Positions 1-13,353 are shown, numbered from the stretch's first letter. The stretch is 64,000 bases of DNA from an uncultured Verrucomicrobiae bacterium (GCA_963702845.1 OY969763.1:2208001-2272000); one strand, 5' to 3'. Notes: a model not told the origin generated them from the sequence alone. Program-made: numbers and translations.

Positions 1-504
1 ACGTATTATCGAATTCAATCGTCGAGCAATCTTACTGATTGGACGGACGAACGCAGTTTCCCGCTGGGACAGCATTATATTGGAGTCACATCGGTCATTT
101 TAAACAGACAGTCGGCCACTTCGTTTACTGTTCCGTTTGGCGAGCAAAGCAAGTTTTTCCGGGCTTTAGTCTACCAACCAACGTTCGACGCCTCGAATAG
201 CACATATGCGGAAAGCCAACTCTGCGTTAACGACTTGCGCAAAGCCCGATTTGCCAAGGAGTTTTGGTCCTCACTCCGCATTGAAGACGGTCCTGGCCGC
301 TGGCCCGGTGAAATGCTGGGTGATAATCCATCGAACGATTTAGAGAACTACGTTGCTTTGTATGCAGTCATTAACGGGCCTCATTGCAGTCAGGATCTGG
401 ATTGCGTTGAAGCCACCTACTTCTTGAGTTACGTGGGCGACTATCCGCAGTGCAAAGTTGACGGGCTACATCACGTGCTCGAAGAGCCGCCGGATGAGTA
501 TTGA
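1..504 (+). CDS. Partial (5'-truncated) secreted-type hypothetical protein
   Basis: Frame 1 is open from base 1 into ORF 235..504; TYYRIQSSSNLTDW...SKFFRA resembles the C-terminal module of Verrucomicrobia extracellular proteins. Confidence 0.6.
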   Translation, partial: TYYRIQSSSNLTDWTDERSFPLGQHYIGVTSVILNRQSATSFTVPFGEQSKFFRALVYQPTFDASNSTYAESQLCVNDLRKARFAKEFWSSLRIEDGPGRWPGEMLGDNPSNDLENYVALYAVINGPHCSQDLDCVEATYFLSYVGDYPQCKVDGLHHVLEEPPDEY

Positions 505-534
505 TCGGACATCGACCAAGGGTAGCTTCACTCA

Positions 535-562
535 TTGACGCACCGTTACTTTACAGTATAAT
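535..562 (+). promoter_or_regulatory. Near-consensus sigma70 promoter
   Basis: TTGACG(535-540)-N16-TATAAT(557-562); followed by two short hairpins and no long ORF. Confidence 0.45.
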
Positions 563-630
563 CCCCTTAGTCGCTGGTCTTTACCAGCACTCCGTTTTCC
601 TCCAGAAACGGGAGACGATCTTTGACAAAA

Positions 631-709
631 AGTAGCAACAAATAACAAATGCTTCTACAAAATGGCTAACAGTTGCAAGAAGTAGTGGGTAGTAGCAACT
701 AGTAGCAAC
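631..709 (+). repeat. AGTAGCAAC direct repeats (x3)
   Basis: Exact copies at 631-639, 691-699 and 701-709 in AT-rich intergenic DNA. Confidence 0.6.
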
Positions 710-887
710 ATTCCCGCAATATTTTCGCAACCATCTTTACCGTTATAGTTGCAATCGAAAGCACATTGACATTTGTAGCAGCGGTAATCTATTAACTACC
801 GCTACTGCACTGGCTTGCGAGGCAGAGCCTGGATGTGAAAGTGAGTAAGGTAGGTTGAAGTTTGAAATGTATATACATGATTTATTT

Positions 888-1310
888 CTAGGTGGACGTT
901 GAACGTAAATGGCAACGACGAGAGTATCTGACTGACGTAATAGGAGGTTCACGAATGGCAACAGACTGGATGATGGGACTGTTGTCGACGCAAAATAAAA
1001 GTGCACGGGAAGTTGCACAAACGCCTTTGAGATTAGAGGTGAGATTGAAAACGTGAGTGGAGGAAATGCGGTAGGATCGAGAGAAGTAAGGACGAGTCGC
1101 AGAAAGAACAAGCGCAGACGAATAGGTAACGATCGTAAATGATAAGAGAGAATGGGGCGGGAGAAGGCTTGTAGTTCGCGCTGCGGAATTAATGGCGTCG
1201 GACGAAATGAGCACGGTGCCATTGTCGCAGACTGCCAGAAAGATCGCGTTACCATAGGCGACACCAAGAATGTTGTTTATCACAGTAGAGGACTGACCCG
1301 ACCATGACAA
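888..1310 (-). pseudogene. Degenerate fragment of a beta-propeller/BNR-like repeat protein
   Basis: N-terminal GVAYGNAIFLAVCDNGTVLISSDAIN resembles the GVAYGNGxFVAVGxxGTILxSxDG repeat; the rest of the ORF looks non-coding. Confidence 0.35.
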
Positions 1311-1350
1311 CGAATCGGTTGAGGTAAGGATCTGTTCCTCTATCTGAGTC

Positions 1351-2721
1351 TTAAGTACGGTAATCTATTAATAGATACGGAATTTGGACGCGCCATTTTT
1401 CTACGCGGTCTTTGATTTTCTTTTCGGTCCCCTGCTCTGTTGGTTCGTAATATTTTTTCGCGGCACCTAAATAGTCTTGTGGGACGAAGTGGTCGGGATG
1501 GTCGTGGGAGTATTGGTAGCCTTCGCCATGGCCCAATTTTTTTGCGCCTTTGTAGTGAGTGTCTTTGAGGTGTTGCGGGACGGCCAGGGTGCGGCCGCTG
1601 CGGACGTCTTCGAGCGCGGCGTCGATGGCGAGGTAGGCGCTGTTGCTTTTGTTGGCGGTGGCGATGTAGATGGCGGCTTCGGCAATCGGGATGCGCGCTT
1701 CGGGCCAACCGACGAATTCAGCAGTTTGATGGGCGGCCATGGTGAGGACGAGGGCCATGGGATCGGCGAGGCCGACGTCTTCGGCGGCGCAGATGAGCAT
1801 GCGTCGGGTGATGAAGCGTGGGTCTTCACCGGCATGAATCATTTTGGCGAGCCAATAGAGGGAGGCGTCGGGATCGCTGCCCCGCATGGATTTGATGAAG
1901 GCGGAAATGGTGTCGTAATGGGCGTCTTCATCGCCGTCGTAAACGATGGCTTTTTTCTGGATGCATTGTTCGGCGACACTGAGCGTGATGTGGATCGTAC
2001 CGTCAGCAGCGGGCGCAGTGGTGAGCGCGGCAATTTCGAGGGAGTTGAGGGACTTGCGGGCGTCGCCATCGGCAACTCTCGCCAGATGACGGAGCGCGTC
2101 GTCGTCGGCTTTGATTTTCATGAAGCCGAGGCCGCGTTCTTCGTCGCGCAAGGCGCGGTTGAGAAGTTCTAGGAGGTCGTCTTCAGTGAGGGATTGAAGT
2201 TCAAAAATTTGCGAGCGCGAGACGAGCGGCGAGTTGACGAAGAAAAATGGATTGTGGGTGGTCGCGCCGATGAGCCGCACGACGCCGCTTTCAACGTCGG
2301 GTAAGAGAATGTCTTGCTGGGCTTTGTTAAAGCGATGGATTTCGTCGATGAACAGAATTGTCGTCAGGCCGGTGTTTTCCTGGCGATTGGAGGCGGCGGC
2401 GAGGACGCGGCGCATGTCGGCGACGTTGGATTCGACGCCGCTAAGGCGCTCGAATTTGCTGCGGGTTTGGTTGGCAATGATTTGCGCGAGGGACGTTTTG
2501 CCGGTGCCGGGTGGGCCGTAGAAAATGAGGGATTGGATGCGGTCGGCTTCGATGGCGCGGCGGAGCAACTGGCCGGGAGCGAGGATGTGTTTTTGGCCGG
2601 CGAATTCGTCGAGATTGCGCGGGCGCATGCGCGCGGCGAGCGGTTTTTGGGAAACGACGTGATCCTGCGGCGAGGGGTTGGTCGCAGGTTCTTCGCGTGG
2701 GGCGGAGAAAAGGTCGTTCAC
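1351..2721 (-). CDS. rarA: Replication-associated recombination protein A (AAA+ ATPase, MgsA)
   Basis: PLAARMRP, Walker A GPPGTGKT, LFIDEIHRFNKAQQD, HYDTISAFIKSMRGSDPD; likely GTG start at 2721. Confidence 0.95.
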   Translation of the reverse strand: MNDLFSAPREEPATNPSPQDHVVSQKPLAARMRPRNLDEFAGQKHILAPGQLLRRAIEADRIQSLIFYGPPGTGKTSLAQIIANQTRSKFERLSGVESNVADMRRVLAAASNRQENTGLTTILFIDEIHRFNKAQQDILLPDVESGVVRLIGATTHNPFFFVNSPLVSRSQIFELQSLTEDDLLELLNRALRDEERGLGFMKIKADDDALRHLARVADGDARKSLNSLEIAALTTAPAADGTIHITLSVAEQCIQKKAIVYDGDEDAHYDTISAFIKSMRGSDPDASLYWLAKMIHAGEDPRFITRRMLICAAEDVGLADPMALVLTMAAHQTAEFVGWPEARIPIAEAAIYIATANKSNSAYLAIDAALEDVRSGRTLAVPQHLKDTHYKGAKKLGHGEGYQYSHDHPDHFVPQDYLGAAKKYYEPTEQGTEKKIKDRVEKWRVQIPYLLIDYRT

Positions 2722-2746
2722 GTGTTTAACATAGGAGAAGAAAGCG

Positions 2747-2797
2747 CCAAACACCAAGCTCCAAGCTCCAGAGAAACTTCAAACCTCAAGCACCAAA
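2747..2797 (+). repeat. Degenerate heptamer tract (CCAAGCT/CAAGCAC-type)
   Basis: ccaaacaccaagctccaagctccagagaaacttcaaacctcaagcaccaaa shows 7-nt periodicity. Confidence 0.45.
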
Positions 2798-2832
2798 GAG
2801 CTAGCGATAGACATCTTTACGATGCCTGACAC

Positions 2833-2868
2833 AAAAAAAGCTCCAGACGCGGAAGCATCTGGAGCTTT
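2833..2868 (-). terminator. Rho-independent terminator downstream of the 6S RNA
   Basis: Minus strand AAAGCTCCAGATGC-TTCC-GCGTCTGGAGC followed by T7. Confidence 0.8.
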
Positions 2869-2874
2869 GAAAAA

Positions 2875-3057
2875 TTAACCCCACCGTAATGCCGTGTATA
2901 AACAGTTCCTTTGAACGCTCAGGAACAAAGGTGGAGCCGAGTCGATCGATTTCAACTTCCAGTCAAGGCCTGTCGGCCACGACCGAGGTTAGGGCTCCTG
3001 TATGTTTTATTTACGGTTCAAGGACTTTGTTTCTAAGCACGAACATGGCAGGGTTAA
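2875..3057 (-). ncRNA. ssrS: 6S RNA
   Basis: About 183-nt rod whose ends pair (TTAACCC...GGGTTAA); CTTGAACC/GCGTTCAAAG and GGAGCC/GGCTCCACC motifs around a central A-rich bubble; followed by a terminator; next to rarA. Confidence 0.8.
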
Positions 3058-3252
3058 ATCCTTAAAATCTTTTGCAAAGAACAATCTAAACTACGCTTCA
3101 ACTTTTGCAGATAACGGGTTTTCCACAAGGGAAAAACTTTTAAAAAGTTTCTAACGCGACAGAGTTTGGCATATTCCAAGCATCTTTGCGTCGGTGGATT
3201 TGCTGAAAAAAAGGCGCGACTGCACCACGGTTTCTGTTATACTCGGCCCCCT

Positions 3253-4539
3253 GTGAAAATTGCGATTATTGGTCTCGGCTATGTTGGTCTTCCGTTGTGC
3301 CTGCAATTTGCGCGCAATGGCGTGCAGGTGGTCGGGCTGGACATCGACGGCGCGAAGGTCAAAGCGATCAACGCGGGCAAGAGCTACATCCAACATATTG
3401 AGTCCGCTACGATCGCCGCGGAAGTGAAAGCGAAGCGCTTGTCGGCTTCGACGGATTTCAGCAATATTGCCAAAATCGATGCGGTGATTATTTGCGTGCC
3501 AACGCCACTGAACAAAAATCGCGAACCGGATATTTCTTACATCATCAAGACCGGGGAAGCGATGGCGCCGTATTTGCAAAAGGGCACGCTCGTGTCGCTG
3601 GAGTCGACGACTTATCCCGGCACGACTGACGAAGATTTGAGGGCGGTTTTGGAGAATGGTTCCGGGTTGAAGGCCGGGTCGGATTTTTATTTGGCGTTCT
3701 CGCCTGAGCGTGAAGACCCGGGTAATCCGGACAGCAAGGTTGCGCTAATTCCGAAGGTGGTTGGTGGTTTGACGCCGACGTGTTTGAAGAAGGCAGTCGA
3801 GCTTTATTCGAAGGCGATTAAGACGATCGTTCCTGTTTCATCCTGCCGCGCAGCCGAAGCGACCAAGTTGCTCGAGAATATTTTCCGCGGTGTGAATATC
3901 GCGTTGGTAAATGAATTGAAGGTGGTTTACGACGCCATGGGTATTGATGTTTGGGAAGTGATCAATGCGGCGAAGACCAAGCCATTTGGTTTTATGCCCT
4001 TCTATCCGGGGCCTGGTCTTGGTGGTCACTGTATTCCAATTGATCCGTTTTATTTGACGTGGAAGGCGCGCGAGTACGGACAAAATACGCGCTTCATTGA
4101 GCTCGCCGGCGAAATCAATACGGCGATGCCGCATTATGTCGTTGAACGCACTGGAGCGGCATTGAATGCGAAGCGCAAATCTATCAACGGCAGCCGGATT
4201 TTGTTGGTTGGTTTGGCGTATAAGCCGAACGTGGATGATATGCGTGAGTCGCCGACGTTTGTGTTGATGGATCTTTTCAAGCAGCGCGGCGCGAAGATTT
4301 CTTATTACGACCCGCACATTCCGTTCATCGGAATGACGCGCGAACATGCGCATTGGGCGGGGACGAAGTCGATTGCGTGGAATAAAAAGGCTGTCGCCGC
4401 CTATGATGTCGTCGTGATTGCGACGGCGCACAAGACGGTTGATTACAAGGAACTGGCGGGTTGGTCGAAGTGCATTGTGGATACGCGGAATGCGATGGCG
4501 AGCGTTAAGACGGCAGACGGACAAGTTTGGAAGGCGTAA
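3253..4539 (+). CDS. UDP-N-acetylglucosamine/mannosamine 6-dehydrogenase (WbpA/WecC family)
   Basis: GLGYVG Rossmann motif, [44 protein letters not shown] start at 3253. Confidence 0.92.
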   Translation: MKIAIIGLGYVGLPLCLQFARNGVQVVGLDIDGAKVKAINAGKSYIQHIESATIAAEVKAKRLSASTDFSNIAKIDAVIICVPTPLNKNREPDISYIIKTGEAMAPYLQKGTLVSLESTTYPGTTDEDLRAVLENGSGLKAGSDFYLAFSPEREDPGNPDSKVALIPKVVGGLTPTCLKKAVELYSKAIKTIVPVSSCRAAEATKLLENIFRGVNIALVNELKVVYDAMGIDVWEVINAAKTKPFGFMPFYPGPGLGGHCIPIDPFYLTWKAREYGQNTRFIELAGEINTAMPHYVVERTGAALNAKRKSINGSRILLVGLAYKPNVDDMRESPTFVLMDLFKQRGAKISYYDPHIPFIGMTREHAHWAGTKSIAWNKKAVAAYDVVVIATAHKTVDYKELAGWSKCIVDTRNAMASVKTADGQVWKA

Positions 4540-5567
4540 TGTCTCAGTACGATCAACTCGAGGGAACGTTACGTGCGTCGCCTAAGAGTTGGCTCGTGAC
4601 AGGCGCAGCCGGTTTTATTGGTTCCAATCTGGTCGAGGCTTTGTTGAAGCTCGATCAGAAAGTGGTGGGGTTCGACAATTTTTCCACCGGTTATTTAAAA
4701 AACCTTCAAGAAGTTCAGCAGATCGTTGGTCCGAAGCGCTGGACGAATTTCAAACTAATCGAGAACGACACTCGCGATGGGGCTGCCTGCCAGAGCGCGT
4801 GTGCTGGCATTGATTATGTCTTGCACCAGGCGGCGCTGGGTTCGGTGCCGCGATCGATGGCGGATCCAATTGCGTCGCACGAATCGAATGTGACGGGTTT
4901 CCTCAACATGCTCGTCGCTGCGCGGGACCAAAAGGCGAAGCGATTGGTGTATGCGTCCAGCAGCGCCATCTATGGCGATCATCCCGGGTTGCCGAAAGTC
5001 GAAGATAAGACCGGTAATCTCCTTTCCCCTTACGCGGCGACGAAGTTGATCAACGAAGTTTATGCGGGAACGTTTGCGACGGCGTATGAATTCAAAAGCA
5101 TCGGGTTGCGATATTTCAATGTGTTCGGCCCGCGACAGGATCCTGATGGAGCTTACGCCGCGGTGATTCCCAAGTGGATTGCGGCGTTGATTAAACAAGA
5201 GCCAGTCACAATCAACGGCGATGGCGAGACGAGCCGGGATTTTTGTTTCGTTGATAACGTGGTGCAGGCGAACTTGCTCGCGGCGACAGCGACCAATCGG
5301 GAATCGGTTAATCAAGCCTACAATATTGCTATCAGTGAGCGCACGACGCTGAACGAGTTGTTTGACTTACTTCAGACAAGCTTGCGCAAGCTCGACGCCA
5401 AACTTCCGTTGCAGAAGCCGAAGTATCAGGATTTCAGGGCCGGTGATGTGCGACATTCTTTGGCGGATATCAGCAAAGCGCGCAAGTTGCTCGGCTACGA
5501 GCCGAAATACCAGATTGCGGATGGAATTAACATCGCGCTGGATTGGTATTTGAAGAACGTGGTGTAA
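4539..5567 (+). CDS. UDP-GlcNAc(A) C4-epimerase, SDR family (WbpP/TviC-like)
   Basis: [42 protein letters not shown] overlaps the upstream stop codon. Confidence 0.92.
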   Translation: MSQYDQLEGTLRASPKSWLVTGAAGFIGSNLVEALLKLDQKVVGFDNFSTGYLKNLQEVQQIVGPKRWTNFKLIENDTRDGAACQSACAGIDYVLHQAALGSVPRSMADPIASHESNVTGFLNMLVAARDQKAKRLVYASSSAIYGDHPGLPKVEDKTGNLLSPYAATKLINEVYAGTFATAYEFKSIGLRYFNVFGPRQDPDGAYAAVIPKWIAALIKQEPVTINGDGETSRDFCFVDNVVQANLLAATATNRESVNQAYNIAISERTTLNELFDLLQTSLRKLDAKLPLQKPKYQDFRAGDVRHSLADISKARKLLGYEPKYQIADGINIALDWYLKNVV

Positions 5568-5584
5568 AACTCTACTAAGGCTCT

Positions 5585-5830
5585 GTGGATATTCGCGTGC
5601 ATTTCTATTCGTGGTTTAAAGACCTGACACATTGCGATGATGTATTGGTCCAAGTTGATTCCGGCGCTTCCATTGCGGAATTGAAGACGGCTGTTTTTGA
5701 AAAATTCCCAAAACTTTCGGCGGTCCAAAACTCCATGCTTGTTGCGGTAGGCGTGGATTATCAGGCGGGCGATTATGTTTTGCGCGAGGGTGATGAGGTT
5801 TCCCTTTTCCCTCCGGTTCAAGGCGGTTGA
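5585..5830 (+). CDS. moaD: Molybdopterin synthase sulfur carrier subunit
   Basis: 81-aa ubiquitin-like protein ending GDEVSLFPPVQGG; adjacent to moaE. Confidence 0.9.
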   Translation: MDIRVHFYSWFKDLTHCDDVLVQVDSGASIAELKTAVFEKFPKLSAVQNSMLVAVGVDYQAGDYVLREGDEVSLFPPVQGG

Positions 5831-5833
5831 ATT

Positions 5834-6226
5834 ATGCATCGCGAAGTGACCATAACGGCTGAAGCAATCGATGAACCGACACTGCTGCAAAAGCGCGTTT
5901 TGCCTACGAATATGGGGGCGGTGATTTATTTTATCGGCGCGGTACGTAATTCAGAGTCAGGCGCGCCGATTAAGGCGATCGAATACGAAGCGTTCGATAA
6001 AATGGCGCGACATCAATTTGAGTTGTTGTTTGCCCAAATTGAAAAGCGCTGGCCCATTCAGTCGATTCGCCTGGTGCATCGTATCGGGCGCGTTGATGCG
6101 GGTGTGCCTTCGCTATGGGTGGAATTAATTGCGCCGCATCGCGGAGAAGCGTTCGCAGCATGTCAGTGGTTGATCGACGAGATGAAAAAAGTCGTGCCGA
6201 TCTGGAAAAAGCCGATCGCTAGTTAG
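5834..6226 (+). CDS. moaE: Molybdopterin synthase catalytic subunit
   Basis: GAVIYFIGAVRN, IEYEAF, HRIG, HRGEAF, KKVVPIWKK. Confidence 0.92.
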   Translation: MHREVTITAEAIDEPTLLQKRVLPTNMGAVIYFIGAVRNSESGAPIKAIEYEAFDKMARHQFELLFAQIEKRWPIQSIRLVHRIGRVDAGVPSLWVELIAPHRGEAFAACQWLIDEMKKVVPIWKKPIAS

Positions 6227-6767
6227 GAAGAGTCTGAAGCAGATCGTCAATATTCTTCGTCATGCGTTGGCATGCTTGGCCGGCGTCCATACTGCCGCTA
6301 TCGCGAATGTGCCAATAGTGAACCTTGCGCTCTTCGTAGTTTGGATACCGCTTTTCAAACCTGGCGCGGTGTTCAGTTTCATCCATGAGAACGATGTAGT
6401 CGCTTTGTTCGAGGTCTTTCTGCGTCAGAGTTTTTGGCGCTCCCTTGCACAGAGCCAGTGGCACACCTCTCCGCTTTAATTCCCGAAGCGCAATGGGTGA
6501 AATTCCATGTTGCCATGACACTAACGCCAAGCCCCGCGACATTGCTCTCCAGTGAACGTGGGAGGTGCTGGCCTTTTGGTTAAAAAGCACTTCGGCAAAA
6601 CGGCTGCGATAGAAATTTCCCGTGCAGATAAATAGGATTTGTTTAGGCGAACTTGACGAAGTCTGTCGCGTATCTGCGCCAACATTGCTGCATAAGACGA
6701 GCAAAAGAATTGTCGCGGCAACCGATAATTTTAGAAATGAACGGAGCATGTGGCGGATTATTACCAA
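6219..6767 (-). CDS. Low-molecular-weight phosphotyrosine phosphatase family protein with signal peptide
   Basis: [17 protein letters not shown]-loop; N-terminal hydrophobic leader. Confidence 0.85.
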   Translation of the reverse strand: MVIIRHMLRSFLKLSVAATILLLVLCSNVGADTRQTSSSSPKQILFICTGNFYRSRFAEVLFNQKASTSHVHWRAMSRGLALVSWQHGISPIALRELKRRGVPLALCKGAPKTLTQKDLEQSDYIVLMDETEHRARFEKRYPNYEERKVHYWHIRDSGSMDAGQACQRMTKNIDDLLQTLPN

Positions 6768-7492
6768 ATTTTACGCCGAGATTGGTCGATGGTGTTAAAT
6801 TCCGAATGTGCGTCAACGAAGAGGACATAGCCAGCGGGCTCGGGACGATGCCAACCCTTCTTAATTGCCGGATCGGAGAACACAGCACAGCCAAACATCA
6901 CGGTTTGAGAAGCATTCGTCACAGATGATGCGAGTTTCCCATCGGGGCCGCCGAACCCACTACCGACTGCATCCGGAGGCCCGCCGCAATTAAACAAGTA
7001 TGAGTTGCCGACGGCGTCAAATGTGGTGCCGGTCGGTTCGCTGGTTCGGCCGATGTCATTCGGGCAAGTCACGGTTTTTGCCGTCAGGCCATAGTGGTTC
7101 AGGGGGCGATCGGTGCGATTGAAGATGTTTTGCTGATTTGGGTTCGCGTTGCCGTTGGTGCGGCCGGCCCAGACGAACCATTCCATACCGTTCGTGGCCA
7201 TTGATGGGAGGTCGTTGATGTCGCCCCAAAACAAACGGTCGCGAAAATCGGACAAATAAAGATGCATCGCGATACCGGCCTGGCGGAGATTGGAAATGCA
7301 TTTTGCGTCGAGAGCGCGTTGCTTGGCACGAGCAAGTGACGGCAGAAGCATTGCGGCGAGAATTGCGATGATGGCAATCACCGTCAGCAATTCGATCAAA
7401 GTAAACGCGGTCGAGTGCCGGTTGCATTCACGCGAGTCAAACATCATTGAACGTTCGACGCGTGCTCGACGGTGTCTCTTCAAAAAATCCAC
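6761..7492 (-). CDS. Prepilin-type N-terminal cleavage/methylation domain protein
   Basis: [37 protein letters not shown]-terminal H...LFVDAH. Confidence 0.9.
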   Translation of the reverse strand: MDFLKRHRRARVERSMMFDSRECNRHSTAFTLIELLTVIAIIAILAAMLLPSLARAKQRALDAKCISNLRQAGIAMHLYLSDFRDRLFWGDINDLPSMATNGMEWFVWAGRTNGNANPNQQNIFNRTDRPLNHYGLTAKTVTCPNDIGRTSEPTGTTFDAVGNSYLFNCGGPPDAVGSGFGGPDGKLASSVTNASQTVMFGCAVFSDPAIKKGWHRPEPAGYVLFVDAHSEFNTIDQSRRKIW

Positions 7493-7525
7493 GCTGTGAA
7501 GTGCCGCGGTCTCGCAATTTCGGAT

Positions 7526-7894
7526 TTAGCGTGCTGGAGCAGCGCGCTGGTCGGTGCCCCCGCGTTGCCATGGCCATTTTCCTTCTAGCTCAACTTCCAG
7601 CGACATGCTCAGAAATGTTCGGATAAAAACGATCAGACCGAGGACAGCGACGTTCTGAATGGTCGGGGAGACAACGACGGTTTTGATAATGTCGCCTGCG
7701 ACGAGGAACTCCAACCCGAGGAGGATGGCTCGACCGATGTTTTGGCGGTAAACGCGATACGGCGTTGCGGGCAGTTGTTCCTTTCTGAAGAAGAATCGGG
7801 TCGTCGAGTAAACGGCGCCAACAATGACTACCAGCACGCCTACTGCATCGACCGCCGTGCCGACATATTCCATCAACGCCCGAAACCGCTCCAT
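7526..7894 (-). CDS. DUF1622 membrane protein
   Basis: GRAILLGLEFLVAGDIIKTV, IRTFLSMSLEVELEGKWPW. Confidence 0.88.
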   Translation of the reverse strand: MERFRALMEYVGTAVDAVGVLVVIVGAVYSTTRFFFRKEQLPATPYRVYRQNIGRAILLGLEFLVAGDIIKTVVVSPTIQNVAVLGLIVFIRTFLSMSLEVELEGKWPWQRGGTDQRAAPAR

Positions 7895-7945
7895 GAAGCA
7901 AGCTGTGCTATTCGAGCGATCTTTGCAACCGAGTTGCTCTCACAG

Positions 7946-9411
<1,466 letters not shown>

Positions 9412-9415
<4 letters not shown>

Positions 9416-12400
9416 TTGTTCAAGACTTCGTCCAGGTTCATCATTTCGTTGGCGACCATCGTATAGGCGGCGAGCGTTGGCGTATCGAGTTTTGGATCCG
9501 GTTTGGACTCGCCAACAGTCACCAGTGCTTCGGCGTCTTTCGGAGCCGTTTTGTAATGTGCCAGCAAATCGTTATAGGTTGATGCAGTGATTTTACGTTC
9601 CGCAGGTTTTAGCGGTCGATCCAAAAGATGTTCGGCGATGAAGTCGATTGCTTTGTCATTTTTCGTTTGTTTCAGGGCGGCTTGTGCAAGGTTGCGAGCC
9701 GCTTCAATAAATTGTGGATCATCCAATGCCGCGAGCGCCTGCAGCGGCGTATCGGTGCGCTCGCGACGAACGGTGCAGGTTTCACGGCTGGGCGCATTGA
9801 AAATTTCCATCGATGCGGGCGGGGCCGTGCGTTTCCAGAACGTGTAGAGGCTGCGACGGTAGAGGTTCTCGCCGGAATCGCGTTTGTAGACACGCGTGTC
9901 GCTGCCGATCATGGCAATGGCCTCCCAAACACCATCGGGTTGATACGGTCTCACACTTGGGCCACCGATTTTCGGAACAAGCAAACCGCTGGTGGCAAGC
10001 GCGTAGTCGCGAATCATTTCGGCATCCATGCGGTATCGTGGGCCGCGCGCGAGCAAACGATTCTCCGGGTCCTTTGCCAGTTTTTCAGGCGACACATTAG
10101 CAGCCTGACGATAGGTGGCGCTCATAACGATTTGTTTAAAGAATCGTTTCACATCCCAGTTATGTTCGCGGAAGTCGATGGCGAGCCAATCCAGAAGTTC
10201 GGGATGGGATGGCATCTCGCCGCTCACGCCCAGGTCGCCGACAGTGCGGACGATTCCTGTTCCAAAAACTTCCTGCCAAAAACGATTTACTGTAACGCGC
10301 GCGGTCAGTGGGTTCTCCGGTGCGACAAGCCATTTGGCGAGACCGAGGCGATTTTTTGGCCAATCCTTCGCCATGGGCGACAGTGCGGTTGGAGTTTCAG
10401 GAGTCACGCGATCTTTGCGTTTGGTGTATTCGCCACGCGAAAGAATATATGCTTCAGGCGCGTTGGTGCGCTCGTGCATGACGTGTGCCTCGGTGCCTCG
10501 AGCTTTGATAGCTGCCTCTTCTTCGTTCAGTTTGGCCACGGCTGCGGTGAGCCCCTGATAATTTGTGTCGAAACCGCTCAACCAGGAATTATAAAGATCG
10601 GAACGTTCTGTTTTGGTGCGTTTGTCGGCAGGCTTCGACAAAAGCCAGGCAAGGTGCATCCCCTGCCCTAGCGAAGTAACTTCGTCCGGTTTGAGCACGC
10701 GCGTATAAAAACGGAGATCTTGCAGGCCGGCTTTTTCGAGGGGCGACGATGTATTACGTTGGCCAATCGAAAGCGGGACTGTACGTACGGGTGGTGCTTT
10801 GAAGTTTATCGGCAGCAACTTCGATTTCTTGTGATTGACCATCTACGAAGATTTTCACACCCGCGGCCTTGTTCGCCCCATCGTAAGTAAGGCACAAGTG
10901 GGTCCAGCGGTTTGTCACGAACGCCTTTTTGCCGACTACCTTCCAAGCGTCGTCAGGCCATTGATGAATCAGGTGCGCTGCCGGCCGGCCGGCCTCAAAG
11001 CGGAGGTCCCAGCCAGTGAACCCGTTTTTGTCGTCCATGCGTGAGACCAACGTGCCATCGAGCGAATTCAGTTTTACCCAAACGCTAATACTATAAGGCT
11101 GATTATTATCGAAATCCCCGGGTTCTTTGAGCCGCGGAACATTACTGCTGCTTATCGTAAATGCTTTCTTCGCGATAACGCCATCTTGCCAAACGGTGTT
11201 TGTCGCCAAAGTCAGCAAGTTTGTTGCGCCCGAATATGTGTATCTGATCGTTCGGTCTTTATCCGCGAGCAAGGCATGAAAGACAGGCTCATCAGTAGGC
11301 ACATGTTTTTCGAACGCATTCGGTTTAGCGGTCGCCGAGGAATGTTTTGTAATCGGGACGAGCGCTCTTGCGGCGCTGCTTGACTTGTTTGTCAGCGGCG
11401 ATTTTGTCCTTTGGTAGACCTTCCCAGCGAACGCGATCTTCTGCTTTTGGAAGGACGATAGTGGGCGGCGTATTACGGATATTGCCGTCCATCGCCTTTT
11501 GTGTCGTATTATTGAAGAACGCTGACAATGAGTAAAAATCCTTTTGAGTAATCCGATCAAATTTGTGGTCGTGACAAACGGCGCAACCCGTCGTCAGCCC
11601 AAGGAAAACTTGCGAGGTGGTTTCGGTCCGGTCGCGCGCGTAAAGAACGAGATATTCATCATCGATTGCTCCGCCTTCGCTCGTGGTGATATTGCAACGG
11701 TTAAAGCCAGTGGCGATTTGTTGTTCGATGGTCGGTTTAGGGAGGAGGTCCCCGGCGATTTGCTCGATTGTAAATTGGTCGAATGGTTTGTTTGTATTGA
11801 AAGCGTTTATAACCCAATCGCGGTATGACCAAATCTCCCGGTAAAAATCCATGTGTATGCCATGGGTATCAGCGTAACGTGCGGCATCCAGCCAATAGCG
11901 CGCACGATGTTCGCCGTAGGCGAGTGAGGAGAGCAGATGGTCGACAAACTTTTCGTAAGCATTGGTCGATTTATCGTTAATAAATGCTTCCAGATCTTCG
12001 GTCTTGGGAGGCAGCCCGGTAAGATCGAGACTCACACGACGTGCCAACGTTCGGCGATCAGCTTCAGGATTTGGTTTGAGCTTTTCTTTTTCTAATCGAG
12101 CGAGAATGAAATTGTCGATTGGGTTTTGGACCCACCGTTTGTCCTTCACTTCGGGAACGGCTGGCATTTGTGGAGCTATGTAAGACCAATGCAGCTGATA
12201 CTTGGCTCCAGATGCGACCCATTGTTTCAACAAATCCTTCTGCGCCGGTGTGAGAACTTTATGAACCTTTTGAGGCGGCATCTGGTCTTCGTCGACCGCG
12301 CAGATGCGTCTGACCAACTCACTGGCGTCCATTTTCCCAGGAACGATCGCGATCTTCCCATCTTTAGCGGGCGCGGTTGCGTCTTCAAAACGATCGAGGC

Positions 12401-12578
12401 GCAGCCCGGCCTTGCGCGACGCCGAATCCGCGCCATGACATGGAAAGCAATTCTCGGAAAGAATTGGGCGAACGTCGCGATTAAACTCAATGCCTTTCGG
12501 TGCTTGCGGCGTGGCGCCCAATGGCAGCGTAACGCAGGCAAACATCAACATCATTATTAATAACCAGCGCGTAAACAT
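9412..12578 (-). CDS. Planctomycete cytochrome c / DUF1549 / LamG / DUF1553 protein, split into three overlapping ORFs by two frameshifts
   Basis: ORFs 11325..12578 (CFPCHG, WLDAARYADT, CAVCHDHK), 10754..11560 (LamG-like) and 9412..10842 (NPLTARVTVNRFW, PSHPELLDWLA, TPLQAL) form one collinear protein. Confidence 0.85.
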
Positions 12579-12824
12579 TCGATCAGCAGACGGTTAGGAC
12601 TATTACTTTGACGCACTCCACGCGCATATTCTTCAACAATTGATGCGCGGGATTTCCTATAGATTGTGCCGCAAATATAAAGCGCTTCCAACAAATGTTT
12701 CGGAGTATCCCTAGCTAATCTTCTGTTCGAGGCCTAGACGGAGTTTCCTTGAGGCCGATTAAAAACATAACGATAGGAACCCGTGATCAATTGTGAAGAA
12801 GAGGGCCATCTTCCTCTCGCCAAC

Positions 12825-13304
12825 TTATTTCACAGAACCGATTTCATATTTGAAAGTCGATCCGCCGATTTCGGCTGTCCACCGATCCCCCGCTTTTTTG
12901 CCCATCAAGTTTTGGCCAAGGGGTGATTGAGGAGTGATGACAATGATTTCCTTTTTGTCGAATTGCACTTCCAGTCCGCCGCCTTTTGGACCGATGAAAT
13001 AAGTCGACGTCGCCCCGTTCGTTTTTAATTCGATCACCGCACTGAGATCGATAGGTTCGCCCTTTGCGAAATCGCGGCCTTCGGATGTTTCATAGAGCTT
13101 GATCGCATCGATGATATCCTTGGCGGCGCGAGCTTGTCCGCCGGCAAGATAGGCAGCTTCAAGTCCGCGCGTATCATACTTCGATTCGGCTTTGCTACTT
13201 TCGTGCGTTGCCTCAGCGTGCGAGGCGCGCGCGGCTTTTTCGAGGACAGCAAGATTTTCGGACAGGCTGGCGATAATTTGAATTATTAATCGGCGTTTCT
13301 TCAT
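12825..13304 (-). CDS. GreA/GreB family elongation factor-like protein
   Basis: ATHESSKAESKYDTRGLEAAYLA, VITPQSPLGQNLMGKKAGD; start at MKKRR (13304). Confidence 0.85.
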   Translation of the reverse strand: MKKRRLIIQIIASLSENLAVLEKAARASHAEATHESSKAESKYDTRGLEAAYLAGGQARAAKDIIDAIKLYETSEGRDFAKGEPIDLSAVIELKTNGATSTYFIGPKGGGLEVQFDKKEIIVITPQSPLGQNLMGKKAGDRWTAEIGGSTFKYEIGSVK

Positions 13305-13353
13305 TAAGACGAAGGCCAATTGTAATCCAACTGAACGAGGTATGGAATCTAGA

